From: a virus
Reading direction: 5' to 3' (one strand)
Virus record (IMG/VR): IMGVR_UViG_3300034031_000009
Location: 1-64,000 of that record
DNA length: 64,000 nt
Both the position numbers and the translations under genes were made by a program. Below the pieces are notes generated by a model. The model did no database searches. It was not told where the DNA came from and saw nothing but the letters and a program-made list of their open reading frames with translations. Position 1 is the stretch's first letter; every line of letters starts with the position of its first letter. This document shows, in pieces, positions 8,325 through 17,832 of the stretch.

Positions 8325-8876
8325 ATGACCGCACTGACTATCGAAGGCGTTATGACCAGCATCGTCGCACTGACGACCGCGCTGAACCGCGTCGCCGACA
8401 ACCAGGATCGTCTGATCGCCGGCCAGGCAGCAGCGATCGCAGCCGCCGAGGGCGGTAAGACCAGCACCCGGACGCCGCGTGCGTCGAAGAAGGAGGAGAC
8501 GCCTGCACCGGCTGCCGGGCAGAAGGTCGAGGAAGTCGTCGAGCCGCGCACCGTCGAGGAAGTCGTCGCCGCTGCGCCCGAAATGGCGAACGTCGATGCT
8601 CTCAAGGAATATGTGACCAAGTGGACCGGTGCCGCGACCGACGACGCCGACAAGGCCGCTCGTGTCGGCCTGCTGAAGGGTATCGCTGGCAAGTTCGGCG
8701 TGAAGCCCGCCTTCTCCGAGCTGTTCCCGCATGCCGTTCAGGCTGTGTTCCTGATCGAGCGTGCCAAGAAGCTGGGCATCTCGGCTGTCGATTTGAAGGC
8801 TGACTACGACTTCTCGGGTGATCCGGCGCAGGATGTCGGCGGCCCGGCTGCCACCAGCGACGACGAGTTCGGTTAA
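8325..8876 (+). CDS. Hypothetical protein (183 aa) with an SSB-like acidic tail ...SDDEFG
   Basis: Start placed at MTALTIEG, with AGAGGA SD. The C-terminal DDEFG is identical to the tail of the DUF2815 SSB-like protein. Confidence 0.65.
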   Translation: MTALTIEGVMTSIVALTTALNRVADNQDRLIAGQAAAIAAAEGGKTSTRTPRASKKEETPAPAAGQKVEEVVEPRTVEEVVAAAPEMANVDALKEYVTKWTGAATDDADKAARVGLLKGIAGKFGVKPAFSELFPHAVQAVFLIERAKKLGISAVDLKADYDFSGDPAQDVGGPAATSDDEFG

Positions 8877-8932
8877 GCGGGGGTGCCGGGCGGCTTCGGT
8901 CGCCCGGCGTTCCGTTGAACGCAGAGGCGATC

Positions 8933-9100
8933 ATGGCGCAGAAAGACGATCCCACCTGGGCCGCGCGGACGATGCGCGAACTGACACCCCACCAGCGCGA
9001 GTTGGCGATCGTGTACGGCATCCTTCAGGGCGTGGTTGTCGACGGCCGAGAGCGGTTTCGCCCATGGTCGGGTCACGATGATGAGGATCGAGTAGCTTGA
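8933..9100 (+). CDS. Hypothetical protein (55 aa)
   Basis: In-frame ATG of ORF 8915..9100 with a GCAGAGG SD. Confidence 0.5.
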   Translation: MAQKDDPTWAARTMRELTPHQRELAIVYGILQGVVVDGRERFRPWSGHDDEDRVA

Positions 9101-9573
9101 GCGCGAAATTCGGCGACCAGTTGCTGACCATCCGCATCCCACTGTGGAAATACGCATTTCGCCTTACTAGAGACCCTGACCATGCAGAAGATTTGCTGAG
9201 TGACACGATTTTGCGAGCGCTGGTGAATCACCATCAGTTCGAGCCGGGAACCAACCTGCTGGGATGGTGCAACTTCATCATGCGAAATCTTTTTCTGACA
9301 GGCATGCGCAGGCGGAAGTGGGACGGTGGGAGCATCGAAGATCTCGAAGTTCATCAGTTGCCGGCCATCCCGGCACCACAGGAAGCAGCGGTGTACCTGG
9401 CCGAGGCAAAGCAAGCCGTACAGCGCATGCCGGAGAAGGTACGCAAGGCCGTCCTGATGACCGGCGCAGGTGAAAGCTACGAATACGTTGCCGAGCAGAC
9501 CGGCATGGCACTCGGCACAGTCAAATCGCAGGTCTTTCGTGCCCGCCAACGTCTGATCAGGATGTCCGCATGA
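9097..9573 (+). CDS. ECF-type RNA polymerase sigma factor (158 aa)
   Basis: Region 2-like DPDHAEDLLSDTILRALVNHHQFEPGTNLLGWCNFIMRN. Region 4 HTH YEYVAEQTGMALGTVKSQVFRARQRL. Confidence 0.8.
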   Translation: MSAKFGDQLLTIRIPLWKYAFRLTRDPDHAEDLLSDTILRALVNHHQFEPGTNLLGWCNFIMRNLFLTGMRRRKWDGGSIEDLEVHQLPAIPAPQEAAVYLAEAKQAVQRMPEKVRKAVLMTGAGESYEYVAEQTGMALGTVKSQVFRARQRLIRMSA

Positions 9574-10745
9574 GCGCCGAAGAACTGCCCGATCACTCAG
9601 AGAAGTCGCCGTCATCCGCCGAAGGGTGGACGACCTGCCCGGACTACATCAACGCCAATCGCGGGCTGCCGGACATCACGTCCTACGTCGCCGCCGAGGG
9701 CACACACGCCCACCATATTCGCAACGACTGCCTGACGCAGGGCTATGACGCCGCTGGCGCGGTCGGCGAAACCATGAAGGTCGGCGACTGGACCTTCGAG
9801 TGGACGGAGGAAGACGCCTTCCTGCTCCAGAGAGGTATCGACCACGTTCGATCCTATGAGGGCACGCTGTACGGCGAACACTGGGTCGATCTGACCGAGT
9901 GGCTGGGCTTCGACAGTCACGGCCGCCGGCAGGGCGGCACGCTCGACGTGGGAATCGTCGGGGATGGGTTCTATGTGGTCAATGATCTGAAATGGGGACG
10001 CGGCATCCCGGTGCGCGCTCCGCGCAACAAGCAACTGATGCTGTACGCGCTGGGGTTCGGCCGCGAGCATGGTGTCACAGATCCCTCCACAGTATTTCAC
10101 ATCGAAATCGACCAGCCCCGGCGAATGGGCGGCGGTGGTTCCTGGTCGACGATCTGGGGCGAGCTGCTGGCGTTCGGCGAGTGGATCAAGACTGTCCCGC
10201 ACGACAGTAGCCGCGTCGCCTCGTGGCCGGGGTGCCTTTGGTGCCGGCAGGGCGGCAACTGGGCGGTCGGCAACCCGAAGTGCGCCACCTACGACAGGTT
10301 CGTGCTGGACGCCCTGCGCGCTGAGTTCGACGATTTGGAGTTGAAGATGCCGACCGAGTTGACCCCGCAGCAGCGCGCCGTGATCGCCGAGAACAAGTCG
10401 GCCATCGAATTGTGGCTGGCTGCGATCGTCGATCAGACCAAGCATGTCGCGCTGTCCGGCGGCGACGCGGGCGGACTGAAAGCGGTCAATGGGCCGCGCA
10501 ATCCGTCAAAGTGGCGCGACCGGGTGGCGGCGGAGGCCGTGCTGAAAGCGGCTCTTGGTGAGAAAGGTTTCACCAAACAGTTGATTACTCCAACGCAGGC
10601 GAGTAAGAAGGTTTCTTCGGACGATCTCGACTGGCTGCTGATCGAACCACTCATTGAGTGGGGCCAGCCGCGTGTCGAACTCGCACCGGAGGAAGACGAG
10701 CGTCCGTCAATCACGTCGGGCGCCGAGTTCGAGGATCTTGACTGA
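9570..10745 (+). CDS. DUF2800-like PD-(D/E)XK (Cas4-like) nuclease (391 aa)
   Basis: DVGIV...NDLKWGRG nuclease-like core and a C-terminal Cys cluster (CLWC...C). Occupies the canonical position before the DUF2815 gene and the polymerase. Confidence 0.65.
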   Translation: MSAEELPDHSEKSPSSAEGWTTCPDYINANRGLPDITSYVAAEGTHAHHIRNDCLTQGYDAAGAVGETMKVGDWTFEWTEEDAFLLQRGIDHVRSYEGTLYGEHWVDLTEWLGFDSHGRRQGGTLDVGIVGDGFYVVNDLKWGRGIPVRAPRNKQLMLYALGFGREHGVTDPSTVFHIEIDQPRRMGGGGSWSTIWGELLAFGEWIKTVPHDSSRVASWPGCLWCRQGGNWAVGNPKCATYDRFVLDALRAEFDDLELKMPTELTPQQRAVIAENKSAIELWLAAIVDQTKHVALSGGDAGGLKAVNGPRNPSKWRDRVAAEAVLKAALGEKGFTKQLITPTQASKKVSSDDLDWLLIEPLIEWGQPRVELAPEEDERPSITSGAEFEDLD

Positions 10746-10776
10746 TCCTCTTTGCAAAACGGAGCTACCGATAACC

Positions 10777-11463
10777 ATGACCACCGAAACCAAAAAAGAC
10801 GACGGCCGCACCGTCATGCTGAAGGGTGTCCGCCTGTCGTTCACCGACTCGCTGATGGCCGCTAAGCCTACTGTAAAAGACGGTGTGCCTAAGCATACGG
10901 CCAACGTACTGATCCAGACTGGCTCGAAAAACGAAGCCGAGAACAAGGCGAAGGTCATCGCAGCAATGCGTGCGGCCTGCGAACTGGAGTTCGGCGAGGG
11001 CAAAGGCGATATGTTCAAGACAATCGCCGACGACAATAACGCCCGAGTCTGCTACAGAAAAGGCGAGCGTTTCCGCAATAGCGACGATGAAGTGTATAAG
11101 GGTTACGAAGGCGCCATGGTCGTAGCTGGTGCTGGTCCCGGTGGCAGCAAAAGCCCGCGTCGCCCGAAGTTGTTTGATCGTCGCCGTCGTCAACTAGACG
11201 AGGTCAATCCCGCAACTGGTAAGCCACACTTCACGGTGAACGACATCCCTGAGATTTTCTATTCTGGTGTCGAAGCGGATACCAAGATTAGCTTCTATGC
11301 GGTGTCGTCGAAAGATCAAGGCGGCCGGGGCGTCTTCTGTTCGATCGAAGCTATCAGATCTCACGAGCAAGGCGACCGCATGGCCGGCGGTGCTGTTCAG
11401 ACCAGTGCAGACGAGTTCGATGATCTCGACGATGATGTCGCTGGCGACGACGAGTTCGGTTGA
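10777..11463 (+). CDS. DUF2815-like ssDNA-binding protein (228 aa)
   Basis: N-terminus VMLKGVRLSFTDSL. Acidic tail ADEFDDLDDDVAGDDEFG. Synteny with the DUF2800 gene and the polymerase. Confidence 0.65.
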   Translation: MTTETKKDDGRTVMLKGVRLSFTDSLMAAKPTVKDGVPKHTANVLIQTGSKNEAENKAKVIAAMRAACELEFGEGKGDMFKTIADDNNARVCYRKGERFRNSDDEVYKGYEGAMVVAGAGPGGSKSPRRPKLFDRRRRQLDEVNPATGKPHFTVNDIPEIFYSGVEADTKISFYAVSSKDQGGRGVFCSIEAIRSHEQGDRMAGGAVQTSADEFDDLDDDVAGDDEFG

Positions 11464-11480
11464 TCTTCACAGCATTCGGA

Positions 11481-11515
11481 CCCCGGCAGCATTGTGCTTT
11501 GCTGCCGGGGTTTGT
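11481..11515 (+). terminator. Stem-loop / weak terminator between the SSB-like and HNH genes
   Basis: CCCCGGCAGC-attgtgcttt-GCTGCCGGGG followed by TTTGT. Confidence 0.5.
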
Positions 11516-11531
11516 AAGGGCAAACTAACAA

Positions 11532-12365
11532 ATGATCGAAGTTAACCTTTGCATCAAATGTGGTGAAGAAAAACCCGTCGATCGCGATCACTGGTACTTC
11601 CGCGATACCGGCCCGCTCGGTTCGTGTAAGGAGTGCTGCAAGGCTGCCGCGATCCGGCGCTATCACGACAATCCGCAAGCGATGCGAGACGCCAAAAATG
11701 CTCGGTACGCTAGTGACCCCGACAAATTCAAGCAGCGTGAGAGGGATCGCCGAGTGCGTGATCCGGAGCGTGAGCGTGAGAAGGACCGTCTGAAAAGAGC
11801 CGCTGATCCGGAGCGTTACCGCGCACACGATGTGGCGCGGTACGATAGAAACCGTGAGGCCCGCAGGAATTTGCAGAGGCAAATCAGAGCCTCAAACCCC
11901 GAGAGACAGCGTGAAATTGAAAGCCGTCGTGACCGAGACAAACGCCGTGCCCAAATGAGAGCGCGACGGGCAGTCGACCCTATCAGGTATGCTCTTGGTG
12001 CGGCAATCGCCAATAATCTCAGGTCGAATGGATCGCGCAAGGGCGGTAGTTTTCTCTCCATCGTGCCTTGGACAATGGACCAATTGCGAACCCACATGGT
12101 CGATTTGTTCGAGGCCGGAATGTCTCTGGCAAACTACGGTGAGTGGCACATCGACCACGTCATTCCGCAAAGTGTCGTCAGTTACTCCGGCCCAGAAGAC
12201 CCTAGGTTCCAGGCACTCTGGGCACTCAGCAACTTAGCGCCTCTATGGGCTTCAGATAACCTGAAAAAGCACGCGCGCCTCGACTGGCAACTGCCGGATA
12301 CCTACGTCAACCCGAAGCTCCGGGCGATGTACGACAACCGCAATTTGGAGCTGCTGGCAGCATGA
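11532..12365 (+). CDS. HNH endonuclease (free-standing, homing-type), 277 aa
   Basis: N-terminal CxxC...CxxCC zinc motif. C-terminal HNH motif EWHIDHVIP...NLAPLWASDNLKK. Sits between the SSB-like and polymerase genes. Confidence 0.8.
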   Translation: MIEVNLCIKCGEEKPVDRDHWYFRDTGPLGSCKECCKAAAIRRYHDNPQAMRDAKNARYASDPDKFKQRERDRRVRDPEREREKDRLKRAADPERYRAHDVARYDRNREARRNLQRQIRASNPERQREIESRRDRDKRRAQMRARRAVDPIRYALGAAIANNLRSNGSRKGGSFLSIVPWTMDQLRTHMVDLFEAGMSLANYGEWHIDHVIPQSVVSYSGPEDPRFQALWALSNLAPLWASDNLKKHARLDWQLPDTYVNPKLRAMYDNRNLELLAA

Positions 12366-14389
12366 CCTTCGACCCAGCAAAAACCCTCGTCGTCGACACG
12401 GAATGCGTGCCGAACTTCTGGTCGATCGGCTTCCGTCGCGTCAGTGACGGTCATACCCGAGTGATCGAGCACAGTGCGCGCCGCCAGATGACCGACCGCG
12501 ACCGCGCTAACATTCGTCACTGGATGCTCAACAACACCATCGTCACATATAACGGCATCGGTTACGACATGCCGATGATCTTCAAGGCGATCGACGGCGC
12601 GTCGAATGCTGAACTGAAGCAGGCAAACAACAGAATCATCGAAGGCGGCATGAAACCCTGGCACGCGAAAGAGGTGCTGGGCGTGGAGGTGCCTCGCGAC
12701 TGTTTCATCCGGAAGGACGGTAGTAAGTCGGACGGCCTCGACCACATCGACCTGATGGAGCCGCAGCCCAACGCCCGCGCGTCCCTCAAGACGCTGCAGG
12801 GCCGGCTGCACGGCCGCAAGATGCAGGAGGTATACTTCGGCCACGACCGGGACTTCACCGAAGCCGAGATGGACGAAACGCTCAGCTACATGGGTAACGA
12901 TCTGGCCGCGACCCAGAACGTCCTCGACGCACTCGCCGAGCCGCTGGCGCTGCGTCACACGTTCAGTAAGGAATACGGCATCAACCTGATGTCGAAGTCG
13001 GACGCTCAAATGGGCGAGGCGGTGATCAAGAAGCGTGTCGAGCAGGAGATAGGCGAGCGGGTCTTCAAGGTCGAGACGCCCGCCGGCACCACGTTCAAGT
13101 TCAAGGCACCCGAGTATATCCACTTCCGCGAGGGTAGTGAACTCGCCGACATCTTCGCACGCGCCAAGCAGCACGATTTCATGGTGCAGGGCAACGGTAA
13201 GGTCGAACTGCCCGAGTGGCTGGCCGACAAGCTGATTCATATCGGCGAGTCCGCGTACCAGATGGGCATCGGCGGCTTGCATTCGACCGAGAAGAACCGT
13301 GCTGTGCATGCGGATGATGACTTCGCCCTGGTCGATTTCGACGTGGCCTCCTACTACCCGGCAATCATCATTAACTCGGGCCTGTACCCCAAGTCGCTCG
13401 GCCCGGCCTTCCTGAAGGTGTTCCGCGCGATCCGCGACGAGCGCGTTGCCGCGAAGAGCCGCGCGAAAGAGGTCGGGGGTGCCGAAAAAGAGTATCTGAC
13501 TGCCGTCGAGAAGGGTCTCAAGATCGCCCTCAACGGCTGCTTCGGGAAGCTCGGCTCGCCGTACAGCGTCCTTTACGCGCCGCACCTGATGATCACCACG
13601 ACCCTGACCGGCCAGTTCGCGCTGCTGATGCTGATCCAGCGCGCCGAGGACATGGGCATCTCGGTGGTGTCGGCAAACACGGACGGCGTGGTCATGCGGA
13701 TTCCGCGCGACATGATCGGCCCGATTTCCAAAGATCGCGTCACCACGGGCGCCGTGAAGGATCTGATCGAGCAATGGGAGGCCGACACCGGGTTCACCAT
13801 GGAGGCGTCGCCGTATCGGTCGGTCTACAACCGATCGGTGAACGACTACATCGCGATCACCGAAGAGGGTAAGGTGAAGTGGAAAGGGGTCATCGCGAAC
13901 CCCTGGCGCGACGGCGATGGTTTCAAGCCTGACCTGCGCGGCCAGATGATGAAAAATCCCCAGATGCCCGTCATCGCCAACGCAGTGGTCGACCTGATCC
14001 TGCATGGCAAGCCACTCGAAGACACGATTCGCGGCGACCGGGATGTCCGGAACTTCGTGACCGTCATCAATGTGCAGGGCGGTGGAACCTGGCGCGGCGA
14101 ATATCTCGGCAAGGTCGTCCGGTATTACTGGTCCACGGATGGTGACGAGATCATCAAGGGGAAGGCTCACGCGAGCACTGGCAACTTCCCGAAGGTGTCG
14201 AAGACTGACGGCTGCCGCCCACTGATGGAACTCACGGGCGAGTTTCCGGACGACATCGACTACCAGCGGTACATCGACCAGGCCAAAGAAGCTCTAATGG
14301 ACATCGGCTACGACGATCGCCCACCACCCATCAAACCACTGCGCATCTACAAGTACAACGCGATGCTCTGGTTCGCCATCGCGGTATGA
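12362..14389 (+). CDS. DNA polymerase with 3'-5' exonuclease domain (family B-like motifs), 675 aa
   Basis: Exo motifs VVDTEC and YNGIGYDMPMI. Pol motifs DFDVASYYPAII (A), KIALNGCFGKLG (B) and SANTDGVV (C). Confidence 0.8.
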   Translation: MTFDPAKTLVVDTECVPNFWSIGFRRVSDGHTRVIEHSARRQMTDRDRANIRHWMLNNTIVTYNGIGYDMPMIFKAIDGASNAELKQANNRIIEGGMKPWHAKEVLGVEVPRDCFIRKDGSKSDGLDHIDLMEPQPNARASLKTLQGRLHGRKMQEVYFGHDRDFTEAEMDETLSYMGNDLAATQNVLDALAEPLALRHTFSKEYGINLMSKSDAQMGEAVIKKRVEQEIGERVFKVETPAGTTFKFKAPEYIHFREGSELADIFARAKQHDFMVQGNGKVELPEWLADKLIHIGESAYQMGIGGLHSTEKNRAVHADDDFALVDFDVASYYPAIIINSGLYPKSLGPAFLKVFRAIRDERVAAKSRAKEVGGAEKEYLTAVEKGLKIALNGCFGKLGSPYSVLYAPHLMITTTLTGQFALLMLIQRAEDMGISVVSANTDGVVMRIPRDMIGPISKDRVTTGAVKDLIEQWEADTGFTMEASPYRSVYNRSVNDYIAITEEGKVKWKGVIANPWRDGDGFKPDLRGQMMKNPQMPVIANAVVDLILHGKPLEDTIRGDRDVRNFVTVINVQGGGTWRGEYLGKVVRYYWSTDGDEIIKGKAHASTGNFPKVSKTDGCRPLMELTGEFPDDIDYQRYIDQAKEALMDIGYDDRPPPIKPLRIYKYNAMLWFAIAV

Positions 14390-15927
14390 TGCTATCCCCG
14401 CGCGACGCGCTTTACTACAGCATCGCGGCCGGCACCTGGCCGGACATCAGCCCGTTCACCACGGTTCCGCTGAACGAGGCGCTGTTCGACGACGGGATGC
14501 ACTGGTGGCAGTTCGACCTCCTGGTCGAGGTCGCCCAGCTATACCGCGCGGGGTATCGCCGCGTCCTGCTGCAGCTCGCGACCGGCGGCGGGAAAACGGT
14601 GATTGCGCTATCGGCGCTGCTGTCCGCCCGGCGGCAAGGTCTCCAGGCGCAGTTCCTTGTGCATCGTAAGGAGCTGTTGGAGCAAACATCCAAGCGGTTC
14701 ACCAGTTCGGCGCTCGACCACAGCTTCGTGGCGGCAGATTTCCCATTCGACCCTGCTGCTGGGCTTATGTTGTCCGGTGTGCAAACGCTGATCCGGCGGC
14801 TGGCGAAGGTGTTGCCGCCGAACCTTGTGATCGTGGACGAGTGTCATCACGGAACCTCGACCACCTACGCCGAGATCCTTGAACAGTGGCCGGACGCATT
14901 CATCCTCGGCCTGACGGCCACCCCGCAGCGCCTGGACGGACGCGGCCTCGACGAACAGTTCGATGCGATGGTGCTCGGCCCGGCGCCCCGGTGGCTGATC
15001 GACAACGGTTATCTGTCCGATTACGATCTCTATGCGCCCGACATTCCCGATATGACGGGTGTCCCGTCGACAGGCGGCGACTATCAGCGCGACGCCGCAG
15101 CGGCCGTCGTGAATAAACCCCGCCTCGTAGGTCGCATGGTCGAGCATTATTTAGAACTCGGCCGAGGGCAGCAAGGAATCGTATTCGCCCAGAACCGCGA
15201 GCACAGCCGCTCCATCGCCGACGCTTTCACGGCACACGGGATTCCGGCTCTCCATGTCGACGGCGACACACCCAAGGAGGAACGCAAGCGATTCGACGCG
15301 GCTTTCCGCGCCGAGGACATCCGGATCGCGGTGAACGTGGCGCTCCTGGGCGAGGGCTATGACGTACCCAACATCGGCTATCTGGGCGTCGGAGCACGCA
15401 CGAAATCGCTGATCAACTGGTTGCAGTGGTGCGGCCGCCCGTTGCGGTTTGTTGCGGGCAAGCGCGCCGTCATCTGTGACCACGGCGGCAATGCGCTGCC
15501 GACGCATCTCGGAGGCAGTGGCCTCGGCCTCCCCGACGACGACCGAGACTGGTCGCTGCGCGGCCGGGATGCCAAGGCACCGAAGCCAAAAGACTGGACC
15601 TCGATTACGCAGTGCATGGACTGCTTCCGGGTCTACCCGTCAGCGGCCCCGTGCTGTCCGGGTTGCAACTCCGACCGGCAGGCGATGCCGCGCGCCATCA
15701 AGCAGGAAGACGGGAAACTCACCAAGCTGGAACGCGAGGCGCTGAAGCGGGCGACGGCTGCCGAGCGGAAGATGGAGGAGCGACTCTGCACCACCTTCCA
15801 GCAGTTTATCTCCCTCGGGGAGGCGCGGAATTATACCTACCCTGTAGAGTGGGCGCGGCATCAGTGTAATCTGCGGCGGATTCCCACCACCCGGGTCACA
15901 ATGAGAGAGGTGGAGTGGGACGGCTAG
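14386..15927 (+). CDS. SF2 DEAD/DEAH-box helicase with a C-terminal zinc ribbon (513 aa)
   Basis: Walker A ATGGGKT; DEAH-like VDECHH; C-terminal CMDC...CCPGC. Confidence 0.85.
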   Translation: MMLSPRDALYYSIAAGTWPDISPFTTVPLNEALFDDGMHWWQFDLLVEVAQLYRAGYRRVLLQLATGGGKTVIALSALLSARRQGLQAQFLVHRKELLEQTSKRFTSSALDHSFVAADFPFDPAAGLMLSGVQTLIRRLAKVLPPNLVIVDECHHGTSTTYAEILEQWPDAFILGLTATPQRLDGRGLDEQFDAMVLGPAPRWLIDNGYLSDYDLYAPDIPDMTGVPSTGGDYQRDAAAAVVNKPRLVGRMVEHYLELGRGQQGIVFAQNREHSRSIADAFTAHGIPALHVDGDTPKEERKRFDAAFRAEDIRIAVNVALLGEGYDVPNIGYLGVGARTKSLINWLQWCGRPLRFVAGKRAVICDHGGNALPTHLGGSGLGLPDDDRDWSLRGRDAKAPKPKDWTSITQCMDCFRVYPSAAPCCPGCNSDRQAMPRAIKQEDGKLTKLEREALKRATAAERKMEERLCTTFQQFISLGEARNYTYPVEWARHQCNLRRIPTTRVTMREVEWDG

Positions 15928-15940
15928 GCGCACCGGAAAG

Positions 15941-15969
15941 TTGACTTTTCAATGTAATGCGGTTACAAG
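15941..15969 (+). promoter_or_regulatory. Possible promoter giving a near-leaderless mRNA
   Basis: TTGACT (15941-15946), N17, TACAAG (15964-15969). The ATG lies at 15977 with no SD. Confidence 0.3.
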
Positions 15970-15976
15970 TTGCCGG

Positions 15977-16633
15977 ATGAAACCTGGCGATCAGTTTAGC
16001 CTTTGGACCGTTGTTTCGACGGATGGTGCCAACAGGGCCAACTCGTATAAAATCGAATGTCGCTGCGTTTGCGGCACAGTACGTTCGACCCAAGCAAAAT
16101 ATCTTCGCACCGGCAAGAGTAAGAGTTGCGGCTGCGATGGGTATTACGTCGGGGCGATGCTTGAAGCCGGTGAAGTCGTCGCCATTCGGGTCGACAAGAA
16201 CCGTTTCATCACAGTGCGCTGTGAGTGTGGCAATGAGTTTGAGAGTCGAGCGCAATCAGGTGGTCTGCGCTCAGGTTGTCGTAGTTGTGCAATAGGAAAT
16301 CGTTATATTCACGGTGACGCGACTGAGAAGCCCAAAGAGTACCGCGCTTGGAAGGGTATGCGTCAGCGTTGTGACAACCCAAAAAACAAATCTTACGTTT
16401 ATTATGGTGCTCGGGGCATTAGTTATTCAGCACGCTGGGATAACTATGAGAATTTCTTAGAGGACATGGGCCGCGCTCCGGAAGGTAAATACAGCATCAA
16501 TCGTATTGATAACGATGGCGACTATGGACCGGGTAACTGCCACTGGGCGACCGATGAGGAGCAAGTGGAGAGCCGACGCTACCCCGTCCGAGGAAGGCGA
16601 GAAATGTACGAGCGCTTCGGTATCCTGATATGA
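15977..16633 (+). CDS. Cys-rich DNA-binding protein with a degenerate HNH_3-like C-terminus (218 aa)
   Basis: Two CxC...CGC repeats. C-terminus YYGARGISYSARW...SINRIDNDGDYGPGNCHWATDEEQ, as in phage proteins annotated as HNH endonucleases. Confidence 0.55.
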   Translation: MKPGDQFSLWTVVSTDGANRANSYKIECRCVCGTVRSTQAKYLRTGKSKSCGCDGYYVGAMLEAGEVVAIRVDKNRFITVRCECGNEFESRAQSGGLRSGCRSCAIGNRYIHGDATEKPKEYRAWKGMRQRCDNPKNKSYVYYGARGISYSARWDNYENFLEDMGRAPEGKYSINRIDNDGDYGPGNCHWATDEEQVESRRYPVRGRREMYERFGILI

Positions 16634-17034
16634 GTGACGATTTCGACAGTCTGCTGGGCCGATCCGAACACGCGATTCTCAACGACACACTGATGGCGGT
16701 GACGGCGCTCTCGGACACGTTTGCGTACCGTCAGAACACGGGCACGGCTTGGCAAGGTCGGCCAATCAACGTGCCGCCGGGTGAATATTTCCGCGTTCTG
16801 CCGGGCATGAAGATCCTCGCCGAGGCACGACCGATCGACTTCGGCCTCGAAGGGGCAGGGGACATCGTCGGCCATCGTCGAGGCCGCGCGGTCCAAATCG
16901 AGACGAAGACTCTGAGCGGCAGGCAGCGGACGGCGCAGCAGAAGTTCGAGGCGGCTTGGGTGAAGCGCGGCGGAATCTACATCCTCGCGCGATCCGCTTC
17001 AGAAGCCGTTAACGCGCTTTCAATAATCGGTTGA
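16630..17034 (+). CDS. VRR-NUC domain nuclease (134 aa)
   Basis: GAGDIVG...AVQIETKT...Q..F pattern. N-terminus MSDDFDSLLG. Confidence 0.75.
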   Translation: MSDDFDSLLGRSEHAILNDTLMAVTALSDTFAYRQNTGTAWQGRPINVPPGEYFRVLPGMKILAEARPIDFGLEGAGDIVGHRRGRAVQIETKTLSGRQRTAQQKFEAAWVKRGGIYILARSASEAVNALSIIG

Positions 17035-17062
17035 CAGTTGGAACGACTCGGGGCATATCTGT
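17030..17062 (+). promoter_or_regulatory. Sigma70-like promoter for the HTH and tail-fibre unit
   Basis: GGTTGACAG followed by a GCATATCT-like -10 region about 16 nt downstream. Confidence 0.4.
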
Positions 17063-17095
17063 CAATACAAGGTTGAACTAGCGTAAGGAACGAAC

Positions 17096-17803
17096 ATGCC
17101 TGCCACCGTCACCAAGAGGAAGGCCGCCGTCGAGACGCTGCCGAAGGTGATTCGTTCGCCCGAGTTCGCACGTCGATTTGAGCAGGCTGCCGATCTGCAC
17201 CCCCATTGCCCGGCGAAGCATCGCGGCCGGCTGGAATGGGTCTCCGACCAGATGACCAAGAAGGGTCACTCGGTCAGCAACGAAACCGTTCGTAAGTGGT
17301 TCTCGGGTGAGGCGACACCGCGTCCTGACAAGGGCGCTGTGCTGGCCGAGATCATGGAGGTGGATGTTGCATGGCTGCAGATGGGTATCGACGCCAACCT
17401 GGCACCCCGCGAGCGCAAAGCCCGCAACGCCATGGCTGACGGCGCGGTCAACGTGGTCGCCGGTCTGATCCAGATGGATGGCGGCAACCCGGCCTTCCCC
17501 GACGACGATGACAAGCGCGCTGAGCGGGAACACATCGACCTCTATGCGATCATCCGTGGCGGCAGTTATTCGCTGAACATCACACTCGGGGAGACCGAGG
17601 GGCGCAAGGCGAAGTTCGCCGTTCCCACGGCGCTCGGCGAGAACGTGATCGCACTGGGCGTCATCCGCGAGGGCTTCACGTTTGACGTGTTCGAGTTGAC
17701 ACCGGACCTGATCGAGACTGGTGCCCGCCGTGGCGCGTCGATCGAGGTGACGGCCGACGCTTCCAAGCTGCGCCGCATCGAAGGGTTCAATCGGCGCCTA
17801 TAG
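17096..17803 (+). CDS. XRE/CI-like HTH regulator (235 aa), candidate repressor
   Basis: HTH segment HSVSNETVRKWFSGEATPRPDKGAVLAEIMEVDVAWLQMG. The C-terminal domain is unrecognised (no S24 motif). Has its own promoter. Confidence 0.6.
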   Translation: MPATVTKRKAAVETLPKVIRSPEFARRFEQAADLHPHCPAKHRGRLEWVSDQMTKKGHSVSNETVRKWFSGEATPRPDKGAVLAEIMEVDVAWLQMGIDANLAPRERKARNAMADGAVNVVAGLIQMDGGNPAFPDDDDKRAEREHIDLYAIIRGGSYSLNITLGETEGRKAKFAVPTALGENVIALGVIREGFTFDVFELTPDLIETGARRGASIEVTADASKLRRIEGFNRRL

Positions 17804-17832
17804 TTGAAGATTCACGTCTAACGTGATAATCC

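Noticed and set aside
8150-8732. Minus-strand ORFs 8150..8692 and 8229..8732
   Set aside because: They are antisense to the better-supported plus-strand gene 8325..8876, have low-complexity Ala/Ser/Arg-rich sequence and span the divergent promoter region.
12302-14170. Long antisense ORFs: 12302..14170, 32038..33174, 37792..40011, 42823..44982, 48583..50727, 54554..56317, 62674..63909
   Set aside because: These are typical high-GC shadow ORFs opposite well-supported genes (polymerase, TerS, the large insertion protein, protease/capsid, tape measure, tail protein, lysis genes). Their sequences are Arg/Gly/Pro/His-rich and low-complexity, with no motifs.
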